A DNA stretch of 64,000 nucleotides from an uncultured Collinsella sp. (lineage in GTDB: Bacteria > Actinomycetota > Coriobacteriia > Coriobacteriales > Coriobacteriaceae): the NCBI GenBank assembly GCA_900759565.1, contig CAAEVV010000043.1, positions 18,851-82,850 on the forward strand. The letters run 5' to 3'. Under the pieces are notes generated by a model. That model did not search any database. It was not told the origin of the DNA and saw only the letters and a list, made by a program, of their open reading frames with translations. Positions within the stretch are counted from its first letter, which is position 1. Every line of letters starts with the position of its first letter. The position numbers were made by a program, and so were the translations under genes. Of this stretch, positions 21,366 through 31,016 are shown in pieces.

Positions 21366-22064
21366 TTACAGATCGCGTACTCGATAAACCTTGGTGCTGA
21401 CAGCGCAGCTGATTGCACATAGTGCGAGCGCCAGTACTGCAATTCCTGCACACAGACAGCCAAGGACGGCGGGATCGGGATTCGCTCCGGCAATCGACAT
21501 GAGCCAGTTGCTGATGGGGTTGGAGGAGCTCAGCGTGGCCATGGTGCCGCAACCAAGCAGGGCAAACAGGCCAACGGATAGGCGCAGCGCCTCCATGTGT
21601 CCAAATCGAAAGAACAGCGGCTGCGCCAAAAACACCATCATGAGGGAGATGAGCATCGATGCTGCCGAGGCTATTACAATCTCAAAGACGATCTGTCCCG
21701 TCAACGGGATACCCGCGCTGTTGAAGAGCGGGAAGGAGACGATGCTCAGAAGCGCGGCGGCGCACGCCATGACAGCCGAGAAGACAATGATGCTCAGGTA
21801 GCGTGCGCAGATGATGTCTTTGCGCGAGAAGGGCAGCGTTGCCCGATAACGCTCCCAACCGTTTTGATTGTCGAAACCGGCCAGTGAGTTCATGAATATG
21901 ATGGGCGACATGGCACTGACGGCGCAGGCGCCGGCGCTCATACCGGAATCGCCATCCGACGCGTTGGCGAGCGTCAGCACGACGAACATGAACAGGCCGA
22001 CACCCGCGATGCTTGGGACAAGTGAGCGAACAATGGCGAGCTCGGACATAAAGGCGCGTTTCAT
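21366..22064 (-). CDS. ABC-2 type transporter permease
   Basis: Six TMs; GWERYRATLPFSRKDII.ARY; follows the ATPase with a 4-nt overlap. Confidence 0.85.
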   Translation of the reverse strand: MKRAFMSELAIVRSLVPSIAGVGLFMFVVLTLANASDGDSGMSAGACAVSAMSPIIFMNSLAGFDNQNGWERYRATLPFSRKDIICARYLSIIVFSAVMACAAALLSIVSFPLFNSAGIPLTGQIVFEIVIASAASMLISLMMVFLAQPLFFRFGHMEALRLSVGLFALLGCGTMATLSSSNPISNWLMSIAGANPDPAVLGCLCAGIAVLALALCAISCAVSTKVYRVRDL

Positions 22065-22942
22065 TTCGAAGCCCCTTTCAGCATGAGGCGCAGATAGTCA
22101 TCAATGGTTGCCCGATCGCAGGGAATCTCGGGAAAGGCCTCGAGCGTTTCGCGACGGTTGGGCACGAGCACGTCCACGCTATAGGCGTGGTGGGCGGCAC
22201 GGGCGCCTTCGACGCAAGCCATAAGCTCGGCGGCCTGTGCTTGGGTGCAGTGGGCGATGCCGGCTCGGTCGGTAATGTCCTCGCGCGGCAGGTCAAACAC
22301 AATCGAGCCGTTATCGATGCAGATGACGCGGTCGGCAGTGCGATCGAGGTCGGACGTAATGTGGCTCGAGAGCAGCACGCTGCGCTGGCCGTCGGAAACG
22401 AAGGCGAGCAGCTCGTCGAGCAGCTCTTCGCGCGCCATGGGATCGAGGCCCGCGGTGGCTTCGTCCAAAACGAGCAGCTTAGCATTGTGGCTGAGCGCGC
22501 AGGCAAGCTGCAGCTTCATGCCCATGCCGCGGGAGAGGTCTTTGACCTTTGTCTTGGGATCGAAGCCAAATCGGTTGATGAATCCGGCGAACGTTTCGCG
22601 GTCCCACGTGGGGTACGCCGGGCCTACGAGCGACTCGATCTGGCCCACCTTGAGCGTGGAGGGGAAGGGGCACGTGTCCAGGACAAGACCGACGCGGGAG
22701 CGTAGATGGCGTTGCGACTCATCGGGCGCGTCGGCGCCGCAGCGCTGCCCAAACAGGTACACTTCGCCTGCATCGAGCTTTATAAGCCCGAGAGCAGCTC
22801 GAATCGTCGTTGTTTTGCCAGCACCGTTGGCACCAACAAAGCCGACGATCTGGCCAGACTCCACGGCAAGCGTGACGTCGCGCAGCGAAAAGCGGTCGCT
22901 TACAGTGCGTGAGATGCCTTTGAGTTCAAGCAAGTTTTGCAT
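22061..22942 (-). CDS. ABC transporter ATP-binding protein (YtrB-like)
   Basis: GANGAGKTT, LSRGMGMK, LDEATAGLD; start taken at MQNLLELK. Confidence 0.9.
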   Translation of the reverse strand: MQNLLELKGISRTVSDRFSLRDVTLAVESGQIVGFVGANGAGKTTTIRAALGLIKLDAGEVYLFGQRCGADAPDESQRHLRSRVGLVLDTCPFPSTLKVGQIESLVGPAYPTWDRETFAGFINRFGFDPKTKVKDLSRGMGMKLQLACALSHNAKLLVLDEATAGLDPMAREELLDELLAFVSDGQRSVLLSSHITSDLDRTADRVICIDNGSIVFDLPREDITDRAGIAHCTQAQAAELMACVEGARAAHHAYSVDVLVPNRRETLEAFPEIPCDRATIDDYLRLMLKGASK

Positions 22943-22965
22943 GGTATAGCCTTTCTTGCAGATGG

Positions 22966-23346
22966 CTACTGCATGGTTTCGGGGGCTACCAGGTCGAGCA
23001 TTTCGTGCAGCTTGTCGCGCGTGACGCCCAAGGCTTCGGCTTGGCTTGCCGCTTTCGCAAGCAGCTCTTCGATATGGCAGAGCTGGTTTTCGCGCAAGAG
23101 TTCTTGGTTGCCCTCGGCGACAAAGCAGCCCTTGCCCTGCACGGTGCAGATAAACCCGAGCTGCTCCAGGTCGGCGTAGGCGCGCTTGGTGGTGATGACG
23201 CTCACGCCAAGATCGCTCGCGAGTGCACGGATGCTGGGGAGTTTGGCTCCCGCAGTGAGTGCGCCCGAAAGGATCTGAGCTTTGACCTGCGAGGCTATTT
23301 GCTCGTAGATGGGCTTGTCGCTCGAATTGGATAGGATGATGTCCAC
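22966..23346 (-). CDS. GntR family regulator (YtrA subfamily)
   Basis: PIYEQI..LPSIRALA..SVITTKRAY; short C-terminal domain; precedes ABC genes. Confidence 0.9.
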   Translation of the reverse strand: MDIILSNSSDKPIYEQIASQVKAQILSGALTAGAKLPSIRALASDLGVSVITTKRAYADLEQLGFICTVQGKGCFVAEGNQELLRENQLCHIEELLAKAASQAEALGVTRDKLHEMLDLVAPETMQ

Positions 23347-23390
23347 AGCGGCTCCTTAGCTGTTGGGCTACACGTGTATATAACCGGTAA

Positions 23391-23417
23391 GCACAGTATA
23401 TATACACTATGTACAGT
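23391..23417. promoter_or_regulatory. Candidate YtrA-type operator
   Basis: AT-rich imperfect palindrome (minus strand ACTGTACATAGTGTATATATACTGTGC) directly upstream of the GntR gene. Confidence 0.45.
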
Positions 23418-23561
23418 TCTGCAAGAGGCAAATACCGATTGGCCCGGCTACCCAGGCCTCAACTGATGAATTTGTCCTGATAGGTGCCCTATGGCGGGAT
23501 TTCGCGGCTACAATAGTGCGGTTACAACGACGTAATGCACTCAATGCAAGAAAGGATCCGC

Positions 23562-25175
23562 ATGGCAAGCCTGTCGGATGAAATCTCGTCGCGTCGCACA
23601 TTCGCGATTATCAGCCACCCGGACGCCGGTAAGACTACGCTTACCGAGAAGCTGCTGCTCTATACCGGCAGCATTCAGACCGCCGGCTCGGTCAAGGGCA
23701 AGAGCTCGGCCAAGCATGCCGTCTCGGACTGGATGGACATCGAGAAGGAGCGCGGTATTTCCGTTACCTCCTCGGTGCTGCAGTTCACCTACAACGGCGC
23801 CTGCGTCAACATCCTCGATACCCCCGGCCACCAGGACTTCTCGGAGGATACCTACCGTACCCTTATGGCCGCCGACGCCGCGGTCATGGTCATCGACGGC
23901 GCCAAGGGCGTCGAGGCCCAGACCAAAAAGCTCTTTAAGGTCTGCACGCTGCGCCACATTCCCATCTTCACCTTTGTGAACAAGCTCGACCACGAGGCTC
24001 GCGATCCGTTTGAGCTCATGGAAGAGATCGAGAACGTCCTGGGTATCAATACGTATCCCATGAACTGGCCGATCGGCAGCGGTCGCAACTTCCGCGGCGT
24101 GTTCGATCGTCAGACCCGTCGCGTTATCGCCTTTGAGGGCGATGGTCACGCCAACGCCACCAAGAAGGTCGCCGAGGTCGAGGCCGAACTGGGCGACCCC
24201 GCCATGGACGAGCTTATCGGCGAGGAGAACCATAAGAACCTGATGGACGACATCGAGCTGCTCGATGGCGCCGGCGACGAGCTCGACTTGGATGCCGTGG
24301 CCTGCGGCAAGCTGAGCCCGGCGTTCTTTGGCTCGGCGCTCACCAACTTTGGCGTGGAGCCCTTCCTCAAGGAGTTCCTGCGTCTGGCCCCGACGCCGCG
24401 CGCCTATACCGATACGCTCACCAGCGAGCCGGTCGATCCCTGCCGCGACGACTTTAGCGGCTTTGTGTTTAAGATCCAGGCCAATATGGACAAGAACCAC
24501 CGCGACCGCATCGCCTTTGTGCGTATTTGCTCGGGCAAGTTCGAGCGCGGCATGGACGCCTTCCACGTGCAGGGCAACCGCAAGCTCAAGCTTGCCACGG
24601 GCACGTCGATGATGGCCGATGACCGTGCCATCGTGGACGAGGCGTACGCGGGCGATATCGTGGGCCTGTTCGATCCGGGTATCTTTAGCATCGGCGACAC
24701 CGTGTGCTCCGGCAAGCGCCACGTGCAGTATCCGCAGATCCCGACGTTTGCCCCCGAGATGTTCGCTCGCATTACGCAGGTCGACACGCTCAAGCGCAAA
24801 CAGTTCGTCAAGGGCATGGAGGAGCTTGCCCAGGAGGGTGCCATCCAGATCTTCCGCGAGCTGGGTGCCGGCATGGAGAGCGTCATCGTGGGCGTGGTCG
24901 GCGTGCTGCAGTTTGAGGTGCTCGAGCGCCGCCTCAAGGCCGAGTACCGTGTCGAGGTTCGTCGCCAGCCGCTGCCCTATACGGACATCCGCTGGATCCA
25001 GAACGACCCCGACACTATCGATATCCCGGGCCTTTCGCTCACGCGCGACACGCTGCGCGTCGAGGACATGCGCGGCGGCAAGCTGCTGCTGTTCACGAGC
25101 CCGTGGAACGTGGACTGGGCTACCGACCACAACCCCGACCTTATCCTGTCGGAGTTTGGCAACGTAGCGTTTTAA
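23562..25175 (+). CDS. prfC: Peptide chain release factor 3
   Basis: RRTFAIISHPDAGKTTLTEKLL, DWMDIEKERGISVTSS, DTPGHQDFSEDTYR. Confidence 0.97.
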   Translation: MASLSDEISSRRTFAIISHPDAGKTTLTEKLLLYTGSIQTAGSVKGKSSAKHAVSDWMDIEKERGISVTSSVLQFTYNGACVNILDTPGHQDFSEDTYRTLMAADAAVMVIDGAKGVEAQTKKLFKVCTLRHIPIFTFVNKLDHEARDPFELMEEIENVLGINTYPMNWPIGSGRNFRGVFDRQTRRVIAFEGDGHANATKKVAEVEAELGDPAMDELIGEENHKNLMDDIELLDGAGDELDLDAVACGKLSPAFFGSALTNFGVEPFLKEFLRLAPTPRAYTDTLTSEPVDPCRDDFSGFVFKIQANMDKNHRDRIAFVRICSGKFERGMDAFHVQGNRKLKLATGTSMMADDRAIVDEAYAGDIVGLFDPGIFSIGDTVCSGKRHVQYPQIPTFAPEMFARITQVDTLKRKQFVKGMEELAQEGAIQIFRELGAGMESVIVGVVGVLQFEVLERRLKAEYRVEVRRQPLPYTDIRWIQNDPDTIDIPGLSLTRDTLRVEDMRGGKLLLFTSPWNVDWATDHNPDLILSEFGNVAF

Positions 25176-25276
25176 CGCATCGGCGCGGTGGCCCTGCGGG
25201 GCTGCCGCGCCGTTTGCTTGCCTGATGCCGTGTGAGCGGCTATCATACCCACCGTCGTCTTAAGACCGAGGCGTCC

Positions 25277-25325
25277 GAGCAGTTCGGGTCCGATATCCTG
25301 CTCGTTAAACCTAAAACCAAAGGAG
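25277..25325 (+). ncRNA. Candidate preQ1 riboswitch (class I-like)
   Basis: P1 GAGCAG/CTGCTC closing a loop TTCG...ATC, followed by an A-rich tail running into the AGGAG RBS of a VUT/YhhQ gene. Confidence 0.6.
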
Positions 25326-25331
25326 TACATA

Positions 25332-26054
25332 ATGATCAAGAAGGTCATGGAGGACTACAAGGTCCTGTTGCGGAGCATTCCCGCGGCAACGGTTTCGCTG
25401 TTTTTCGTGAGCGTCATCATGATGAACCTGCTGGCCAACAAAGAGCTCATCAGCCTGCCGTATCTGGCGCTCGACTGTGGCTTTGTGGTGAGCTGGGTTT
25501 CGTTTTTGTGCCAGGACATGATCTGCAAGCGCTTTGGCGCCAAGGCATCCATCAAAATCTCTATCCTCGCGCTGCTGGTCAACCTGGCCGTGAGTCTGTG
25601 CTTTTGGGCATGCTCGCTCACGCCCGGCATGTGGGGCGCCTACTACGACACGGGCATGATCGAGGTCAACACTGCCCTTAACGCCACCATCGGCGGCACC
25701 TGGTACGTGGTGCTGGGCTCTTCGCTGGCAATGCTCGTTTCTGCCGTGGTTAACTCCACGCTCAACCAGTCGCTCGGCCGCATGCTCAAAAAGAATAACT
25801 TTGCGAGCTTCGCCTTCCGCTCCTATGTGTCTACGGGTGTTGGCCAGTTTGTCGACAACCTGGTCTTTGCCATTGTGGTGAGCCACACCTTCTTTGGTTG
25901 GACCTGGGTGCAGGTCCTTATGTGCTCGCTGACCGGCGCTGTTGCCGAGTTGCTGTGCGAGGTTTTCCTGAGCCCCGTGGGCTACAAGGTCGTGCGCGGC
26001 TGGGAGCGCGAGAATGTGGGCTCCGAGTACCTCGAGCGCCACGCAACCGCCTAA
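25332..26054 (+). CDS. VUT family (YhhQ-like) queuosine precursor transporter
   Basis: NLLANK, D..CKRFG, RSYVST..GQFVDN.VF motifs; about 7 TMs. Confidence 0.85.
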   Translation: MIKKVMEDYKVLLRSIPAATVSLFFVSVIMMNLLANKELISLPYLALDCGFVVSWVSFLCQDMICKRFGAKASIKISILALLVNLAVSLCFWACSLTPGMWGAYYDTGMIEVNTALNATIGGTWYVVLGSSLAMLVSAVVNSTLNQSLGRMLKKNNFASFAFRSYVSTGVGQFVDNLVFAIVVSHTFFGWTWVQVLMCSLTGAVAELLCEVFLSPVGYKVVRGWERENVGSEYLERHATA

Positions 26055-26063
26055 GGAGCAAGT

Positions 26064-26744
26064 ATGCGGGTTTTGATCACGGGTGCTTCGGGCGGTATCG
26101 GAACCGCATGCGTGCAGCGCTTTTTGGACGAGGGCCACGAGGTCGTGGGCTTTGATCTGCTGCCGGCGGCGATCGAACACGAGCGCTATCGCCATCTGAT
26201 TGTTGATGTCCGCAAGCCGGGCTCGTTTCCAGGCGACCTTGAACCCCAAGTGATCGTGAACGTTGCCGGTACGCAGGATTCGGCCGACGATATCGCCGCC
26301 AACCTGTGTGGCACCATCAACGTGACCGAGCGCTACGCTTTTGTGGGGGAGGGGCTTGTCGCCAAGCCGGCGCCCGCTATCAAATCCGTGGTCAATGTGG
26401 GGTCGGCGAGTGGGCATACGGGGTCGGAGTTTCCCGCCTATGCCGCCAGCAAGGGCGGCGTTATCGCCTACACCAAGAACCTTGCAAACCGCCTGGCACC
26501 GCAGGCCATCGCCAACAGTGTGGACCCGGGCGGCGTTATCACGCCGCTCAACCGTTGCGTGATGGAAGACGAGCACCTGTGGAATCAGATTATGGAGCTC
26601 ACGCCGCTTAAACGTTGGGCCACCGCCCAAGAGATCGCCGAGTGGATCTACTTTGTGGGCGTGACCAACCGGTTTATGACCGGACAGAGCCTGCTCATTG
26701 ACGGTGGCGAGGCCGGCCGCACCCAGTTTATCTGGCCCGAGTAG
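26064..26744 (+). CDS. SDR family NAD(P)-dependent oxidoreductase
   Basis: TGASGGIG, NVAG, catalytic S and YAASK, ANSVDPG, TGQSLLIDGG. Confidence 0.9.
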   Translation: MRVLITGASGGIGTACVQRFLDEGHEVVGFDLLPAAIEHERYRHLIVDVRKPGSFPGDLEPQVIVNVAGTQDSADDIAANLCGTINVTERYAFVGEGLVAKPAPAIKSVVNVGSASGHTGSEFPAYAASKGGVIAYTKNLANRLAPQAIANSVDPGGVITPLNRCVMEDEHLWNQIMELTPLKRWATAQEIAEWIYFVGVTNRFMTGQSLLIDGGEAGRTQFIWPE

Positions 26745-26785
26745 AAAACGCGCCCGATGGCAAGATTGCCGTCGGGCGCGTTTTT
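26745..26785. terminator. Bidirectional intrinsic terminator
   Basis: aaaacgcgcccgatggca...tgccgtcgggcgcgttttt between convergent genes. Confidence 0.7.
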
Positions 26786-26797
26786 GATGTATCGATT

Positions 26798-27523
26798 TTA
26801 GCCGAGGCAAGTCCAGTTGACGGGGGTCGAGCCGTGCTGTTCGAGTAGCCGATTGGCCGCCGAGAAGGGACGCGACCCCATAAAGGCGGGGAGTTCTGCC
26901 GTGGCACGGTTGGCCGAAAGCGGCGAGGGGTGCGTGGAGGCCAGGCAGAACTTGTCGGTTGCCTTGCCCGCACCGGTTGCGACGAGCTTACCTTCGACCA
27001 TCTGCTGGGCAAAGCGACCCCATGCCAAAAAGACTACCGGTTGGGGCAGCTGACAGCAGCGCTCGATAACGTAGTCGGTGAGCGTGCTCCAGCCCAGCTT
27101 AGCGTGAGAGTTCGCGGCATGTTCGCGCACGGTGAGCGTAGTGTTGAGGAGCAGGACGCCCTGTTGTGCCCATGGGGTTAGGTCTCCCGTGGCGGGAATG
27201 GGACAACCCAGATCGGCTTTGAGTTCCTTGTAAATGTTGCGCAGGCTCGGCGGCAACTTGGTTTGCGTCGCGGGGACCGAGAACGACAGTCCCATTGCCT
27301 GGTTGGGTCCGTGATAGGGGTCTTGACCCAAGATGACAACCTTGACCTGGTCGGCTGGCGTGTAGGCGAGGGCATTGAGGATGTCGTCTTGTGCCGGGTA
27401 GATGGTCTGCTCGGCACGCAAAAGGGCGATGCGCTCGAGCAGCTGGTTCGTCGTGTCACGTACCGGCTGCGGCGCATCGCCCAACCAAGTTGCTATGTTG
27501 CGGTCGCGGGTCGCGGTGTCCAT
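26798..27523 (-). CDS. ung: Uracil-DNA glycosylase (family 1)
   Basis: GQDPYH, GLSFS, PPSLRNI, GVLLLN, HPSPLS. Confidence 0.95.
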   Translation of the reverse strand: MDTATRDRNIATWLGDAPQPVRDTTNQLLERIALLRAEQTIYPAQDDILNALAYTPADQVKVVILGQDPYHGPNQAMGLSFSVPATQTKLPPSLRNIYKELKADLGCPIPATGDLTPWAQQGVLLLNTTLTVREHAANSHAKLGWSTLTDYVIERCCQLPQPVVFLAWGRFAQQMVEGKLVATGAGKATDKFCLASTHPSPLSANRATAELPAFMGSRPFSAANRLLEQHGSTPVNWTCLG

Positions 27524-27610
27524 GGGGCTCCTTTATGGCAGATACTCTGTTGGCATCTATTGTAAAGGCGTCCGGAGACCTTTATCTCGCGGCTACAAAA
27601 GGTGAGGCGC

Positions 27611-28519
27611 TTACGAGGCTCGTTCGGGCGCTCCTGTCATGCGGGTGTGGTCGTGAGCATGCGCATGAAGTCGCGGGAACTGCACGGTTGCCACCATGAC
27701 ACCGGTGAGGATGAGGGCGGCGCCAAAGAAGGCGATGGGGCTCAGGACCTCGCCAACCAAGAAGAACGAAAAGACGGCGGAGCAGACCGGCTCGAGCGAG
27801 AAGGCAAAGCCGGTGGTCTCGGCGGGCACGTGGGGCTGCACGAGCGTTTGGGTGATAAAGCCGTAGGCAGAGCAGATGAGTGCGAGCGCGACGACAACGA
27901 CGATCTCGCCCGGCGTGCCGGGAAGCGTGAAACCGCCAAAGGTGAATGCGGCGATGCCCGAGAACAGGCCGCCAAAGCCCAGCTGCCAAACGCCCAGAGC
28001 AAGCGGATCGACTTCTTCGACAAAGCGCTTGGCCACGATAATGTGGCTGGCATAGATAAAGGCCGAGAGCAGCATGATGATTGCGCCGGGATTCAGGCTG
28101 GTAAAATCGGCGCCCGAGAGCAGCAGCATGCCGCAGGTGACGATAGCCGTGCCGATGAGCACCTTGCGCTCGGGGGCGCGACGCAGCAGAGCTGCGTTGG
28201 CAAACGGCACGATCACGACCGTCAGGCTCTGCAAAAAGCCGGCAGTGGAGGCGGAAGTGAGGCTGGAACCCAGGCACATGCAGGTGAGCTCGGTTGCCAT
28301 GATGGCGCCGATGATGGCGGCACGGACCATAAGGTCGCGGTTGATGTGGAACGCGCGCTTGTGGAAGAGCAACAGGCAGGCCACAAAGGCGATGATGCAG
28401 CGCAGCGCAACGATGCTCGTGGCGTTCATGCTGTCCATGCCGATCTTCATGAGGGGGTACGAAAAGCCCCATGCGACGGGAACGGAAAATGAGAGCGCGA
28501 TTGCTTTTTTGCGATCCAT
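27611..28519 (-). CDS. DMT/EamA family transporter
   Basis: About 10 TMs, WG.S, LEPV motifs; divergent from a LysR gene. Confidence 0.85.
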   Translation of the reverse strand: MDRKKAIALSFSVPVAWGFSYPLMKIGMDSMNATSIVALRCIIAFVACLLLFHKRAFHINRDLMVRAAIIGAIMATELTCMCLGSSLTSASTAGFLQSLTVVIVPFANAALLRRAPERKVLIGTAIVTCGMLLLSGADFTSLNPGAIIMLLSAFIYASHIIVAKRFVEEVDPLALGVWQLGFGGLFSGIAAFTFGGFTLPGTPGEIVVVVALALICSAYGFITQTLVQPHVPAETTGFAFSLEPVCSAVFSFFLVGEVLSPIAFFGAALILTGVMVATVQFPRLHAHAHDHTRMTGAPERAS

Positions 28520-28677
28520 GGGACTCCTTTTGTTACAGAACGGTTTCGTACAAAGGATTCTGCTCCCAGATTTGGATGTAGTAAAGCGAATGTATCTTCA
28601 GTATGATTAAGAAATGCTAATGTCGGAAGAAAAAGCTCTGGCAAAACGTTTTACGGCTACATCGATGGGGAGGCACG

Positions 28678-29544
28678 ATGGCATCGCGGTATCAGATTGC
28701 GTGTATGGTGGTCGATTGCGGCAGCCTGAAACGCGCGGCCGACGAGCTAGGCTATACGCAAAGTGCGGTGAGCCAGGCCGTCAAGGCACTCGAGCGCGAG
28801 CTGGGCACCACGCTTATCGAGCGCGGCAAGCAGGGCGTGTCGCTTACGCGCGACGGTAAACAATATCTGCCGTACTTGCGCCAGATCGTGACCGCCGAGG
28901 CCGAGCTCGAGGGCAAGCGCCAGGAGCTGCTGGGGCTTTCGTCGACCGATATTCGTATTGCGACGTTTACCAACGTGAGTCGTACCGTGCTGCCGCGCGT
29001 GATCCGCGACTTTGGGGCCCTGCATCCGGGCGTGCACTTTACCCTCAAGCAGGGCGATTACACGCGCAACGCCCAGTGGGTGCACGATGGCGTGGTTGAC
29101 TTTTGCTTTACGGCACGCGGTTTTACCGCTGGGCTCGAGAAGCGCGTGGTCTATCACGACGAGTTGGTGGCACTGCTGCCGGCTGCGCATCCGCTGGCGG
29201 CAAAGGAAAAGGTGACACTTGCCGACCTGGCGTCCGAGCCGTTTGTGCTGCTGGATGAGGGCGAACAGAGTCTGGTGCTCGATGCATTCGCGGCGCATGG
29301 GCTGTCGCCGCACGTGACGAGCGAGGTGACCGACGACTACACCATCATGGCGATGGTGGAGGAGGGCCTAGGCGTGAGTATGCTCTACCGTCGTACTGTG
29401 GAAGGCATGCGGGCCGATATTCGTGTGCGGCCCATCGTGCATGCTCCCTCACGCGACGTAGTGGCGGCCTGGCGCAGCTGGGACACCATGCCCATCGCCA
29501 CGAGGCGCTTTATCGACTATATGAGCTCACATATTGTCAATTAA
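28678..29544 (+). CDS. LysR family transcriptional regulator
   Basis: GSLKRAADELGYTQSAVSQAVKALERELG HTH; 288 aa. Confidence 0.92.
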   Translation: MASRYQIACMVVDCGSLKRAADELGYTQSAVSQAVKALERELGTTLIERGKQGVSLTRDGKQYLPYLRQIVTAEAELEGKRQELLGLSSTDIRIATFTNVSRTVLPRVIRDFGALHPGVHFTLKQGDYTRNAQWVHDGVVDFCFTARGFTAGLEKRVVYHDELVALLPAAHPLAAKEKVTLADLASEPFVLLDEGEQSLVLDAFAAHGLSPHVTSEVTDDYTIMAMVEEGLGVSMLYRRTVEGMRADIRVRPIVHAPSRDVVAAWRSWDTMPIATRRFIDYMSSHIVN

Positions 29545-29571
29545 TGACTGACATGGCGTTGAGTGCGGTGT

Positions 29572-30954
29572 TTAGCGGGCTGTCGCTTTGGCTTGGGTGG
29601 TGCGATAGGTGCGTGCCGGGTGGCAAAGTAGTACCGCCACGACCATAAAGAACGCCGTGGTACCCAGGCTGATGGGGTAGACCATCATGATGTTCGCAAA
29701 GGTGCGGAAGTGCGGGAACACGCAGAACACCCAATAGAAGCGGATGCCGCAGACGCAGATCATGGTGATGAGGGCGGGCGTGAGCGAGATGCCAAAGCCG
29801 CGCAGGTAGCCGGACATGTTTTCGTAGAACATGCTAAAGGCGTACGCCGGGAAGATCGAGCACACGCGGATATAGCCGATCGAGACGATGTTGGGATCGC
29901 TGTTGAACAGCGACAAGATCTCGCGCCCCAGGCCGACAATAACGATAATTGTGGTGAGCGCGACGATGCCGCCTTCGACCAGGCAGACCTTGAGCGTTTT
30001 GGTGCAGCGGTCGATCTGGCGGGCACCGTGGTTTTGTCCCACAAAGGTGGTGCACGCCTGGCTAAAGCTGTTGAGCAGGTTGTAGCACACGTACTCCAGG
30101 CTCATGGCGGCGCTCGATGCCGCCATGACCTCGGTGCCCAGGCTGTTGATGGCAGACTGGATGATGATGTTGGCGACAGCAAAGACGGCGCTTTGGATGC
30201 CGGCGGGCAGGCCGATCTTGACGATGCGCTTGAGGGCGACGGGGTCGATAGCCAGGTCGCGTGGGGTGACGCGGACGACGGAGTCGGTCTTGAGCAGGCG
30301 GATAAAGAGTGTAGCGGCGCTGACGGTGTAGGCGATGGCGGTGGCGATGGCGACACCTGCGACGCCCCAGTGGAGTACGGGGACAAAGATGAGGTCCAGG
30401 CCAATGTTGAGGACGGTGGACACAGCAAGCGCCTGCAGCGGCATGCGGGTGATGCCGACGGAGCGGAAGATCGCGGCCTCAAAGTTGTAGAGCAAGATCG
30501 AGGGCATGCTGAGCAAAAAGACGCGCAGGTAGAGCGAAGCGAGCGGCATGGTTTCGGCGGGAACGTTGAGCGCGGCGAGCATGGGCTCGGCAAAGATCTC
30601 GCCCAGTGCGATGACGACAAAGCCCACGAGCGCCATTAAAATCGAGGTATGGACGGCGCGTTTGACCATGTTCTGATCGTTGCGGCCGATAGCGTTGGCG
30701 ATGACCACGTTGGAGCCAAGCGATATGCCAATAAACAGGTTGAGCATAAGGCTGGTAAGCGGAACATTGGAGCCGACCGCCGCCATGGCGAGGGTTCCCT
30801 GGTCGCCCGAGAAGTTACCGATGATGACCGTGGCGATGAGGTTCGACAGCTGCTCCAAGATGCTCGTGGCGGCCACGGGGAAGGCGAACAGGGGAATATT
30901 GCGCCACAGCGAGCCGGTGGTCATGTCAATGTGCTTAGATGCGGTATCAGCCAT
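29572..30954 (-). CDS. MATE family efflux transporter
   Basis: DMTTGSLW..I..FAFP, 12 TMs, NIGLD..F, VGQNHGA. Confidence 0.9.
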   Translation of the reverse strand: MADTASKHIDMTTGSLWRNIPLFAFPVAATSILEQLSNLIATVIIGNFSGDQGTLAMAAVGSNVPLTSLMLNLFIGISLGSNVVIANAIGRNDQNMVKRAVHTSILMALVGFVVIALGEIFAEPMLAALNVPAETMPLASLYLRVFLLSMPSILLYNFEAAIFRSVGITRMPLQALAVSTVLNIGLDLIFVPVLHWGVAGVAIATAIAYTVSAATLFIRLLKTDSVVRVTPRDLAIDPVALKRIVKIGLPAGIQSAVFAVANIIIQSAINSLGTEVMAASSAAMSLEYVCYNLLNSFSQACTTFVGQNHGARQIDRCTKTLKVCLVEGGIVALTTIIVIVGLGREILSLFNSDPNIVSIGYIRVCSIFPAYAFSMFYENMSGYLRGFGISLTPALITMICVCGIRFYWVFCVFPHFRTFANIMMVYPISLGTTAFFMVVAVLLCHPARTYRTTQAKATAR

Positions 30955-31016
30955 ATGCTCTCAATCTCTAATATGCTCTTTCGTGCCTATTTGCGCAGAC
31001 GATGATACTCCTAATC

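Noticed and set aside
22943..23431. N-terminal extensions in the ORF track (ABC ATPase from 23431, trmO from 7298, trmL from 43139, thiE from 51951, LysR from 53789, uvrA2 from 38481)
   Set aside because: They overlap neighbouring genes; downstream starts match the family N-termini and RBS positions.
23541..25130. Long antisense ORFs (this one, also 2506..3879, 8621..9976, 11242..12537, 60423..62069 and others)
   Set aside because: Shadow frames of well-supported genes, expected in high-GC DNA, with no recognisable motifs.
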